Position numbers and translations under genes: made by a program. Source: a virus (Duplodnaviria; Caudoviricetes). Taken from it: a DNA stretch of 64,000 nucleotides. The notes beneath the pieces are model-generated. The model saw nothing but the letters and a program-made list of their open reading frames with translations, was not told the DNA's origin and searched no databases. The stretch lies in IMG/VR virus record IMGVR_UViG_3300042507_004106; one strand, 5' to 3'. Positions 54,658 through 62,403 of the stretch are shown here, piece after piece (within the stretch, counting starts at the first letter, position 1; each line of letters starts with the position of its first letter).

Positions 54658-55635
54658 TTAGTATAGGGCATCCATCAGGGCATTTGACTGCTGCTGTGCC
54701 AGTTCATCAACTGTCTCTTGAGCGATCCGAATTGCGTCTGGATTCACATCCATCGTGATACAATTTCGCCCCAAACCAAAAGCAGAAATTGCTGTCGTTC
54801 CAGATCCACAGAAGGGGTCCAGAACCCATCCATCAGGCGGACAAGACGACTTTATGATACGTTCTAACAGTTTTAGGGGCTTTTGTGTGGGATATTTACG
54901 CTTATTCTGCTCACTTCTACTGATAAAGTATACATCATCCCATAAATTTTGCACTGGGACACCCTTAGACTCATGAGAATAGATTTTTTTGTAAATGTTG
55001 TTGCTGCCGAAATGCAATAGACCCTGCTGGTCCAGATTTTCAAGTTTTTCCCTTGTTATACGAAACCCATACTGAGGATTATAACCTTTATATTCATATC
55101 GGGCACATGGACGACTCTTTTCACCTGTTACTTTTGCGAGTGCGTAGTATCCTACCTCATCTTTATTTTTAAAAGAGTTTGCAGCATAAACTGGATCAAG
55201 ATCACCATACTCAACTTCAAAATATGGTTTTCCTTTTTGAAATACAACAATGCTGTCTACAATATTACCCCAACCATTCTTTAGATTATTCTTTGGTCCA
55301 CTTCTCTTCCAGGAAATGTTTGTGTAAAAAGCATCACGAACTTTACGATCTACTTTAGAAAGAACCAAAGCATTACCAATGAAGTTATTATGTGCATATA
55401 ACCAACCATTCTTATTCAGTTTATCAAAACTGTTATTGATAACCTCAGCATACCAATCAATATAATCATCAAAGGAACTCCAAGTATCTGAGAATCCTTT
55501 CTCTTGACCGTCTTCTTCTTGCATTGTAAAGTCACGCTGCAAACCAAAGGGGGGATCCATATAAACCAGATCAAATGTCTGATTAACCGTATTCAATTCT
55601 TCAACGGGTTTCTGGAGAATCTTAATTTCAGGCAT
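54658..55635 (-). CDS. beta-class N6-A/N4-C DNA methyltransferase
   Basis: 325 aa; YMDPPF, NLWDD, YPTQKP.KLLERII, LDPFCGSGTT. Confidence 0.9.
   Translation of the reverse strand: MPEIKILQKPVEELNTVNQTFDLVYMDPPFGLQRDFTMQEEDGQEKGFSDTWSSFDDYIDWYAEVINNSFDKLNKNGWLYAHNNFIGNALVLSKVDRKVRDAFYTNISWKRSGPKNNLKNGWGNIVDSIVVFQKGKPYFEVEYGDLDPVYAANSFKNKDEVGYYALAKVTGEKSRPCARYEYKGYNPQYGFRITREKLENLDQQGLLHFGSNNIYKKIYSHESKGVPVQNLWDDVYFISRSEQNKRKYPTQKPLKLLERIIKSSCPPDGWVLDPFCGSGTTAISAFGLGRNCITMDVNPDAIRIAQETVDELAQQQSNALMDALY
54695..54718. promoter_or_regulatory. 24-bp palindromic box (copy, inside the MTase tail)
   Basis: TGTGCCAGTT-CATC-AACTGTCTCT, 29 nt from TATACT at 54660-54665. Confidence 0.7.
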
Positions 55636-55667
55636 CAGCGAATCATTCTATCAATTCATTTTATCAT

Positions 55668-55692
55668 AAAAAAAGGAGGGTAGCAACCCTCC
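55668..55692 (-). terminator. intrinsic terminator after CP12
   Basis: Minus strand GGAGGG-TTGCTA-CCCTCC followed by a T7 run. Confidence 0.85.
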
Positions 55693-55697
55693 CAAAA

Positions 55698-55910
55698 TCA
55701 ATCTTCGTAAATTCTACATTCAAGTGCATCAGGATTAGCATCACAATAGAGCTCAAATGCGTTTGGATCATAATCATCATCAGGATGATTTGCCTTATAT
55801 GCCTTCAATGACTCTAATTCTTCTTCTGTATGTCTCCGTGCTTGTGGAGAAATTGTAGGGTCACTCAGAAGATCCTCATCCTTCTGAATGTGTTGATCTA
55901 TGTTGTCCAT
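55698..55910 (-). CDS. cp12: CP12 Calvin-cycle inhibitor (phage type)
   Basis: 70 aa; C-terminal FELYCDANPDALECRIYED is the CP12 CxxxPxxxxC..Y(E/D)D signature. Confidence 0.9.
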   Translation of the reverse strand: MDNIDQHIQKDEDLLSDPTISPQARRHTEEELESLKAYKANHPDDDYDPNAFELYCDANPDALECRIYED

Positions 55911-55939
55911 TGGTTTGTATCGTGTTGAGAGTATTTATT

Positions 55940-56116
55940 TTATCGGGGAGTGCAATCACCCTTACCTTCCAAAGATCTTACCATCAATTCAGCAAACTTT
56001 TCCATCTTTTGTGCAGAAACAGTCTGTGGAGCATAAGTAATTGCGTCTTTCAGGGCAATGAGTTCATTCCATTCATCTGTTGAAAGGAGTTCAGTGCCTG
56101 TTTTTGCGAGAGTCAT
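55940..56116 (-). CDS. small hypothetical protein
   Basis: Hand-found 58 aa MTLAKTGTELLSTDEWNELIALKDAITYAPQTVSAQKMEKFAELMVRSL. Confidence 0.65.
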   Translation of the reverse strand: MTLAKTGTELLSTDEWNELIALKDAITYAPQTVSAQKMEKFAELMVRSLEGKGDCTPR

Positions 56117-56200
56117 AAGTTTCTTGCGATGTGTCCCAATGTTAGCATTTCAATATATGATTATCTATAAACTTAATGTTTTCTTTGGGATCGCGTAATA

Positions 56201-56596
56201 TTACTTTACAAAGTCATCAAGTGCCTCAAGGTCATCTTTGAGTTCTTTTTCTTTTTTCTGATCATGATAGAAAGACCAAAGGGCGTTATGCACTTCCATC
56301 AGATGATCAACCCAGAAACCTGATGGATAGATTCCTAGAGCATCTTGAAGTCCACGGTGACTAGTTCCTTCCTCTTCTGCCTTACACATAATGTAGCAGA
56401 TTGCCTGAACCATATCAAGTTTATCTTCTTCGGAAAGCATAAAATACTTTCCTACAGCACGTTGCTTTCCTTCCTCAAGGTCCTTCTGAAGTTGTTTGCA
56501 AGCATCAGAGTCCCACCACTCTTGTAGTGCTTTACCAAGGTTATTTGGTTTTTGTAGTTCTTCTGGATTTACCAGTGGTTTTTCTTCAGTCATCAT
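56201..56596 (-). CDS. hypothetical protein
   Basis: 131-aa ORF in a tandem operon. Confidence 0.7.
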   Translation of the reverse strand: MMTEEKPLVNPEELQKPNNLGKALQEWWDSDACKQLQKDLEEGKQRAVGKYFMLSEEDKLDMVQAICYIMCKAEEEGTSHRGLQDALGIYPSGFWVDHLMEVHNALWSFYHDQKKEKELKDDLEALDDFVK

Positions 56597-56823
56597 TCTC
56601 CAAACATAGTTCTAAAGAATCCAGAGTCTCCCAATTTGCGGTTCTCCAGTTTATCAAGAATAGAATCAGTTGTTTGCAGAGTCTCAATACGACTAATCAT
56701 ATCAGCAATTACACTACAAACCATTGGACGTTCTTGACGAGCAGCATATGCTAGTGCATTACGCAACGATTGTTCTGCTTCTTTCAAACTGGTTTCTACA
56801 CTTTCAGATAACGCCATCAGCAT
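56593..56823 (-). CDS. hypothetical protein
   Basis: 76 aa; SLKEAEQSLRNALAYAARQERP. Confidence 0.7.
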   Translation of the reverse strand: MLMALSESVETSLKEAEQSLRNALAYAARQERPMVCSVIADMISRIETLQTTDSILDKLENRKLGDSGFFRTMFGE

Positions 56824-57395
56824 TCCTCCATTCCAATAGGTTTAGTTACTTTACGCAAGATATATGACCCATCACCTTGGTCTACCCACTCAACTTGGTC
56901 TCCCTCTTTCAAATCTGCTGCTTCTAGCAAGTCATCTGGGAAAGACACAAAGTATTCAGTTTCATCAGTTTCTGCAATTTTAGTTTCTTCAACAGGAAGA
57001 ACCCACTTTTTCACCTTATCTTCTTTTTTAGTTTCTTTCCACCAGAAACCATCAGCAGTCATTTCCCAACCATCAGCAACAATTTCATCATAAGTTGCAG
57101 GTTTTCCATTATAAGTCCACTGCGAAGAATCTGTACCAAAAGGAGTCTGGACACTGCTTACGGTTGAACCATTATACTCACTGTTATTATCTGCAACAGG
57201 ACGATTACCACTTAGAAGTTCAAGTAGTCCAGAAGCGCGACTAATGTAGTCTTTGTGATAATAATAATCTTCACGCACTGCTTCACGAATCGCAGAATAG
57301 ATTTCATGCGGCGAAGCATCACTACTCATCGCATCATGAACCCAATCTTGAAGTTTTTCAAGAGAATATTTTTTGTAATCAAAGTCAGAGGTCAT
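56817..57395 (-). CDS. hypothetical protein with C-terminal AbrB/MazE-like domain
   Basis: YFVSFPDDLLEAADLKEGDQVEWVDQGDGSYILRKV. Confidence 0.65.
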   Translation of the reverse strand: MTSDFDYKKYSLEKLQDWVHDAMSSDASPHEIYSAIREAVREDYYYHKDYISRASGLLELLSGNRPVADNNSEYNGSTVSSVQTPFGTDSSQWTYNGKPATYDEIVADGWEMTADGFWWKETKKEDKVKKWVLPVEETKIAETDETEYFVSFPDDLLEAADLKEGDQVEWVDQGDGSYILRKVTKPIGMEEC

Positions 57396-57567
57396 CGAGT
57401 TTACTTTGAATTGCTTGTTGTACTATAACCTGAATTTCTTTGGAAGTCAACCCATTGAGCCACTTCCAATTTGGATCTTCTGGATCCCAGTTCATCGTGA
57501 ACGACCCATCCTCATTTTGTGTGATCTTTAGGGAATCATTCCCTTGGTTTAGGTTTGGAACATTCAT
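57385..57567 (-). CDS. small hypothetical protein
   Basis: 60 aa; LKITQNEDGSFTMNWDPEDP. Confidence 0.65.
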   Translation of the reverse strand: MNVPNLNQGNDSLKITQNEDGSFTMNWDPEDPNWKWLNGLTSKEIQVIVQQAIQSKLDDL

Positions 57568-57739
57568 TACAATAAAAACTAAATTTTTCCTTGAAGTATT
57601 TTACAACTTGATAGTGGTCTGAGTCAAGTGGTTTTTCTTCACCACATTTACTACACATCCTTGTCTTTTTTGAGGGACTTTCGGATTCGTTTGAGTTCCT
57701 TGAGTTCCATTTTAATATTTTTGTAAGCAGTGTCCGCAT
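57536..57739 (-). CDS. small Cys-motif (zinc-binding-like) protein
   Basis: CSKCGEEKPL....YCNEC; start uncertain. Confidence 0.55.
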   Translation of the reverse strand: MRTLLTKILKWNSRNSNESESPSKKTRMCSKCGEEKPLDSDHYQVVKYFKEKFSFYCNECSKPKPRE

Positions 57740-57857
57740 CTAACTTATCTCCCATTTCAAGGGCGATGATGATTTCCACTCGTGTACCAAAGTGTGCGAG
57801 TGCTTTTTCAAAGTTATCAAGTTCATACATTGAAATCAGTCCTACAATGTTCCGCAA
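57651..57857 (-). CDS. small hypothetical protein
   Basis: FEKALAHFGTRVEIIIALEMGDK..AYKNIK. Confidence 0.6.
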   Translation of the reverse strand: MRNIVGLISMYELDNFEKALAHFGTRVEIIIALEMGDKLDADTAYKNIKMELKELKRIRKSLKKDKDV

Positions 57858-58038
57858 GAATATCTATGCGAGCATCAAGGGAGTTTTCCATACGATAGAG
57901 TTCGTTGCTTAACGATACATTTTCTTCCTCAAGTCTTTCAACCCTTGCCTTTAATTCGTAAAGTATATTGAAAATATCATCAACAGGAGTATCATCTAAT
58001 TTACCCCACTTTTTTTGAAACCAGTTTGGGTCGCTCAT
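57823..58038 (-). CDS. small coiled-coil protein
   Basis: 71 aa with heptad pattern. Confidence 0.6.
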   Translation of the reverse strand: MSDPNWFQKKWGKLDDTPVDDIFNILYELKARVERLEEENVSLSNELYRMENSLDARIDILAEHCRTDFNV

Positions 58039-58169
58039 AATCCAACAGACCTCAGATAATTTTGATACCTCATAAATCTTTGAAGTGATGGAGTGACTCC
58101 AAGACTTTCACAGCACCTACAATATGAAATAAATTCATACCAAGGTGCTGTTGGGTCAGTGTCGCTCAC
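58035..58169 (-). CDS. small hypothetical protein
   Basis: Hand-found 44 aa with GTG start: VSDTDPTAPWYEFISYCRCCESLGVTPSLQRF. Confidence 0.55.
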   Translation of the reverse strand: MSDTDPTAPWYEFISYCRCCESLGVTPSLQRFMRYQNYLRSVGL

Positions 58170-58375
58170 AACTTACCACCTACAGTGCCTTCGTGAACTT
58201 TTTCGGGTTCAGAGAAACCTTCCTGCCGTCCTTTAAGATAAAAACGTGTTGCTGCAACACATTGCTCTTCAGTGAGAGATGTAACCAATCCCTTTCCTTC
58301 AAGGTCAGTGGAATCCCAGAGTCCATACTTTTTTTGCTCCACATAAAAGCAATCATCAATTAGTTTCTTTTCCAT
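58166..58375 (-). CDS. small hypothetical protein
   Basis: 69 aa; LVTSLTEEQCVAATRFYLKG..VGGKL. Confidence 0.7.
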   Translation of the reverse strand: MEKKLIDDCFYVEQKKYGLWDSTDLEGKGLVTSLTEEQCVAATRFYLKGRQEGFSEPEKVHEGTVGGKL

Positions 58376-58547
58376 TTGTCAAATCAGGATGAGGTGCATA
58401 AAGAGGTCCTTGATAATTACCAGCAAATTTTTTCTCATTTACTTGCTTTACGGTTTCATGAAGTTGTTTCAGTGCTTCAATGGTTTCAGGAGTTTCTTCC
58501 CACTCCCAGGAATTACCATTCTTATCTACAAATGTGCGTGTCGTCAT
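58356..58547 (-). CDS. small hypothetical protein
   Basis: 63-aa ORF overlapping neighbours. Confidence 0.65.
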   Translation of the reverse strand: MTTRTFVDKNGNSWEWEETPETIEALKQLHETVKQVNEKKFAGNYQGPLYAPHPDLTNGKETN

Positions 58548-59572
58548 AGAGTAATCCAGCGTTCGTTTTCAAGAGTCCATTTAGTAACTTCTGCAATGCG
58601 TTCCCGAACAGATTTAGCAGGAACCCATCCCAGTTCTTTCATTTTATCACCACACAAGGCATAACGCAAGTCGTGCCCAGGGCGTGAAGAATGAAAGTCT
58701 ACAAGTTCATAATTCAATTCTCTTCCTTGGGCTTCGGCAATGATTTGTGCCAGTTCCAAGTTGTTGAGTTCTTCCGAACCAACAATGTTAAACTTAGGGC
58801 ATTTAGCGTTACCCCAAGTAGGTTCAAACTTACCCTCATAATTCAAAAGAAATAGAATTGCGGATGAAACATCTTCTGCGTGAATATAATGCCTAGACCC
58901 AGGAATAGTTCGTGTAGAATCACTATGAATCGTTACGGTCTCACCATCACGAATCCTACGAATACACATCGGAATGTACTTCTCTGGATGCTGACGCTCT
59001 CCAAATACATTCATTGTGTGAGTGATATAAATGGGAAGACCATAAGTATTCTCATATGCTACAGCAAGTTCTTCACCACCTGCTTTTGTTGCACTATAAG
59101 GATTGGTAGAATTGTAGCGATCATTCTCTTTGTATTTGATACCATTTGGTGCAGGACCAAATACTTCATCGGTGCTGAAGTAAATAAACCTTTCAAGATT
59201 GTCTTTTTGAAGACGTGCAAACTCAAGAATATTGCAGGTTGCAACTACATTATCAAGTACAAACTCCATAGGATACTCAATACTGCGGTCAACGTGAGAC
59301 CCAGCAGCAAGATGGAGAATGTAATCAACCTTACCAACTTCAGAACGAACAAGTGGATTGAGTTCTGCTTTCAGATCGTGATGAACAATTTTAACACGCT
59401 TACGAACTTCAGGATCAAAGGAAAGCATCAAATCGTGAAGACGATTGAGATTTCCACTATAATCCAAACGATCAAGTGTAACAACTTCCCAATCAGTGGT
59501 TTCAAGAATTTGCCCAATAAGATGATGAGCAATAAATCCAGCACCACCAGTAATCAATGCTCGTTTAGTCAT
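58544..59572 (-). CDS. NAD-dependent nucleotide-sugar dehydratase (dTDP-glucose 4,6-dehydratase-like)
   Basis: 342 aa; LITGGAGFI, HLAAGSHVDRSI, STDEVFG, YSATK, RPGHDLRYA. Confidence 0.92.
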   Translation of the reverse strand: MTKRALITGGAGFIAHHLIGQILETTDWEVVTLDRLDYSGNLNRLHDLMLSFDPEVRKRVKIVHHDLKAELNPLVRSEVGKVDYILHLAAGSHVDRSIEYPMEFVLDNVVATCNILEFARLQKDNLERFIYFSTDEVFGPAPNGIKYKENDRYNSTNPYSATKAGGEELAVAYENTYGLPIYITHTMNVFGERQHPEKYIPMCIRRIRDGETVTIHSDSTRTIPGSRHYIHAEDVSSAILFLLNYEGKFEPTWGNAKCPKFNIVGSEELNNLELAQIIAEAQGRELNYELVDFHSSRPGHDLRYALCGDKMKELGWVPAKSVRERIAEVTKWTLENERWITL

Positions 59573-59771
59573 ACTTATAACTCAGTTTAATTTCGTTCTT
59601 TTTAAGTTTGTAGCGATCAATGTGCTTTTTACGATGCTCTTCAGATTGAAAATAGCACTTGCGAGTTTCTTTTCCGTCTTTGTGAATCAATCTCCATGGA
59701 AATTGATCAAATGGAAATTCTTCTTCCCTATTTTGAGGAACTGATTGGTCACTTTTCTTTGGTCGTCCCAT
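59565..59771 (-). CDS. small basic hypothetical protein
   Basis: 68-aa ORF overlapping the dehydratase start. Confidence 0.65.
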   Translation of the reverse strand: MGRPKKSDQSVPQNREEEFPFDQFPWRLIHKDGKETRKCYFQSEEHRKKHIDRYKLKKNEIKLSYKYD

Positions 59772-59774
59772 AAT

Positions 59775-59936
59775 TTAAGTAGGTTGCTCCACCTTTTGAG
59801 TATACACGGTATCAAACAGTTCGTCAAGTATCTCATTGCACTCTTGATACTCTGAACTGTTCAGGATTGTTTTTTCAATCTGGTATCTGCGAACAGCAGC
59901 GTAGATAAGTTTATATTGTTCTGGTGTGAATTTCAT
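59775..59936 (-). CDS. small hypothetical protein
   Basis: Hand-found 53 aa MKFTPEQYKLIYAAVRRYQ..ILDELFDTVY. Confidence 0.6.
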   Translation of the reverse strand: MKFTPEQYKLIYAAVRRYQIEKTILNSSEYQECNEILDELFDTVYTQKVEQPT

Positions 59937-60118
59937 CTTAGATAATTTGGTTTTTCCGTATCAAACTGATAGAACTTTACATCTTTCATGTTCAGACACA
60001 TACGCACAGTTTCATGCTCTCTGTGTTCTCTTTCAGTTCCTTTATATAGTCCTCTGCGTTGATAGGCACAACACCAGACATTATAGAAGATCTTTGATTT
60101 TTCATTCATTTGGAACAA
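59933..60118 (-). CDS. small hypothetical protein
   Basis: 61-aa ORF overlapping neighbours. Confidence 0.6.
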   Translation of the reverse strand: MFQMNEKSKIFYNVWCCAYQRRGLYKGTEREHREHETVRMCLNMKDVKFYQFDTEKPNYLR

Positions 60119-60348
60119 TGTAGAAAATAAGAATACCTTGCAGAATTTGTGGGAGTATATTGTACCACATTACAACCTTGGTATGTATCCACAACTTCAA
60201 ATGATGGTTCCAATGGTTTACCACCTTTATAAAGATTAATAATCACAAGAAAGATTATACAGAAAACAACAAAGACACCAGCAGTAACACCAACAGCACG
60301 GAGAAACTCTTTGAGAGCATACTTATCATCTTCAGTCATCATTATCAT
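60106..60348 (-). CDS. small membrane protein
   Basis: 80 aa with TM helix AVGVTAGVFVVFCIIFLVII. Confidence 0.65.
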   Translation of the reverse strand: MIMMTEDDKYALKEFLRAVGVTAGVFVVFCIIFLVIINLYKGGKPLEPSFEVVDTYQGCNVVQYTPTNSARYSYFLHCSK

Positions 60349-60682
60349 CCCAAGGTGCTTTACGGGTTAAAACTCTTTTAATCTTTTCTATAACTTCAGG
60401 ATCTGGTGGTTGATTCAAGCGTTCTACAAGGGCATCAAAGTCCTTCGCAGGCAATACAATGCGTTCGGGTTTTGCACCTTTTCCCCAGAACTTCTCAAAC
60501 TCCCACTTATAGTTCATATCCAACCAACCAGCGTTCACATTTATCCAAAAATCCCAATATCTTTGATGGTCGTCCATTCGCCAATTATCATGATTGATAA
60601 GGCGAAACCAATACCAAAAGACAGTATATTTGATTGGTATGAAACCAATTACAAATTTGTTTATGAATGTTGGAAAGTCCAT
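60332..60682 (-). CDS. hypothetical protein with DUF1778/TacA-like C-terminal motif
   Basis: C-terminus ERIVLPAKDFDALVERLNQPPDPEVIEKIKRVL. Confidence 0.55.
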   Translation of the reverse strand: MDFPTFINKFVIGFIPIKYTVFWYWFRLINHDNWRMDDHQRYWDFWINVNAGWLDMNYKWEFEKFWGKGAKPERIVLPAKDFDALVERLNQPPDPEVIEKIKRVLTRKAPWDDNDD

Positions 60683-60912
60683 TACTTACTCATCACATAA
60701 GAATAATAGGGATCTCTACCTGATAGGTTATATGGGTCAAATCCTGGTTGAGACATTAGATACTCACTTTCCATCTGCATAAACCCCCACGATAAACTTT
60801 CCCAGAAGTCATCAGGAAAGTGCTCAACTGTCTCATAAGAGTCAAGAATATACAGGACATTACGAAATCCATCAAGGAAGATTTCCCATTTTGTTGGGTT
60901 TTCAAATCTCAT
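60682..60912 (-). CDS. small hypothetical protein
   Basis: 76-aa aromatic/acidic ORF. Confidence 0.6.
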   Translation of the reverse strand: MRFENPTKWEIFLDGFRNVLYILDSYETVEHFPDDFWESLSWGFMQMESEYLMSQPGFDPYNLSGRDPYYSYVMSK

Positions 60913-60971
60913 AACCTATTTACCTGTAAAAGTATTATAGCACGTCTTTGAGGATTATGGTATGGAAAGTG

Positions 60972-61670
60972 TTAGATGCCGTAGCGTGAGCGAGTTGCGT
61001 TGAAGTTTTGTGAGATTTCTGATGCTGTGAGGAATCTATTATAGCATTTAACAAAACTCAAATCAATATTTGTAAAATATCCAGTTCCTGCATTAATTCC
61101 ACCAATCCAGAAATTATTATCATATCCAAAAATATTATATGTTGTTAAATTAATTGAACCAGCATTAATATAAGAACCATTTAAATATGTAAATGTAGTT
61201 CCATTATTATAAACCATTGTGGTATGATACCAATTTCCAGCAGTCATTGTAGTTGCTGTTACTGCGGTATGTCCAGTCCAACATTGATCAGTTTTAATTG
61301 CATGTTGTAACGTATTATCCGTATTCATATAAATTCCACCATGACATCCTTGCCGCCCAGCAACAACTGCCTCAGTTGTTGCTGGTGCTGAAATGTATTT
61401 AAAAAATGCTTCAATTGTCCAACTACCTGCTTCATTTGTGTTTTTCAATAAACCTTCACTAAAACTACAAGTTGCATAATTGGATGAAGCAACTCTAAAT
61501 TGAAGAGTATTATTTGAAAAAGTTGGAGAATTGAAGAGTGTCGCATTATATCCTTTACCACTTAAATCAGTCCAAGTTGTTCCAGAACCAGAATAAGACT
61601 TTCTATTTCCAGCATCCAGTGCTAATACAAGACCATTTTCTGCAATGTCTGGTCCAGAAAATACTCCCAT
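60972..61670 (-). CDS. LamG/concanavalin A-like domain protein
   Basis: GLVLALDAGNRKSYSGSGTTWTDLSG, WYHTTMVY..YLNG, YNRFLTASEISQNFNA; CTAAATA at 61691-61697. Confidence 0.85.
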   Translation of the reverse strand: MGVFSGPDIAENGLVLALDAGNRKSYSGSGTTWTDLSGKGYNATLFNSPTFSNNTLQFRVASSNYATCSFSEGLLKNTNEAGSWTIEAFFKYISAPATTEAVVAGRQGCHGGIYMNTDNTLQHAIKTDQCWTGHTAVTATTMTAGNWYHTTMVYNNGTTFTYLNGSYINAGSINLTTYNIFGYDNNFWIGGINAGTGYFTNIDLSFVKCYNRFLTASEISQNFNATRSRYGI

Positions 61671-61693
61671 CTTACTTTCTATTTTTTAGGTAT

Positions 61694-62374
61694 TTAGATT
61701 CCAAACCTTCCTCTTGTAGCGTTGAAGTTTTGTTGGATTTCTTGTGGTGTGAGTGCTCTGTTGTAGAGTTTATGAGAGTACATATTTAATTTACCATAAT
61801 CAATATTTCCAGCATCACTCCTTACCAAATAATAATTTCCAGTAGTCAAAATATTTCCTGATATTGTATTCGTATTGGTATTTCTTAAAGTTCCATTCAC
61901 ATATATTCTATTATTTGAACCATCATAAGTTCCAACAACATTTATTATACTATTGGTTGTGGTAAGATTTGCTCCAACAGGAGTTCCTGTCGTATACCAC
62001 CCATTATTTACAGTAGCACAGACCCACTGAAATGATGAACTATCATATGTAAGTCTATAAGAACCTTCTCTACCGAGTATCCACCCATTTCCGTTAGGTG
62101 TAGTAGCAGTTAGATTAACCCAAGCATCAACAGTTATTTGATTTGTTAAAGATGGATTGGAACTAAAAGAAATATAATCATTACTCCCATCAAAACTCAA
62201 AGACCCTAAATTACTTCCCGAATACCCAACACCATTCACAAGAGTTCCATTATTCCCACGACCACTCAAATCAGTCCAAGTGGTTCCAGAACCAGGATAA
62301 GACTTTGGATTTCCTGCATCAAGACACAGAACCAGACCATCAGTAATTGTGCGTGGATTATAAGCAATTCCCAT
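61694..62374 (-). CDS. LamG/concanavalin A-like domain protein
   Basis: Same N- and C-terminal blocks; VVGTYDGS..IYVNG; CTAAATA at 62401-62407. Confidence 0.85.
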   Translation of the reverse strand: MGIAYNPRTITDGLVLCLDAGNPKSYPGSGTTWTDLSGRGNNGTLVNGVGYSGSNLGSLSFDGSNDYISFSSNPSLTNQITVDAWVNLTATTPNGNGWILGREGSYRLTYDSSSFQWVCATVNNGWYTTGTPVGANLTTTNSIINVVGTYDGSNNRIYVNGTLRNTNTNTISGNILTTGNYYLVRSDAGNIDYGKLNMYSHKLYNRALTPQEIQQNFNATRGRFGI

Positions 62375-62403
62375 ATTCTCTCAGTTTCTCCTCGTTTTTG
62401 TAT

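Noticed and set aside
43357-54718. Palindromic boxes as CRP, NtcA, integron attC or tyrosine-recombinase sites
   Set aside because: Half-site spacing does not fit CRP (TGTGA-N6-TCACA) or NtcA (GTA-N8-TAC). There are no attC RYYYAAC/GTTRRRY ends. The central 4 nt differ between copies, which argues against recombinase crossover homology, and the fixed distance to -10 favours a transcription factor.
58880-59590. 236-aa plus-strand ORF
   Set aside because: Antisense shadow of the dehydratase gene.
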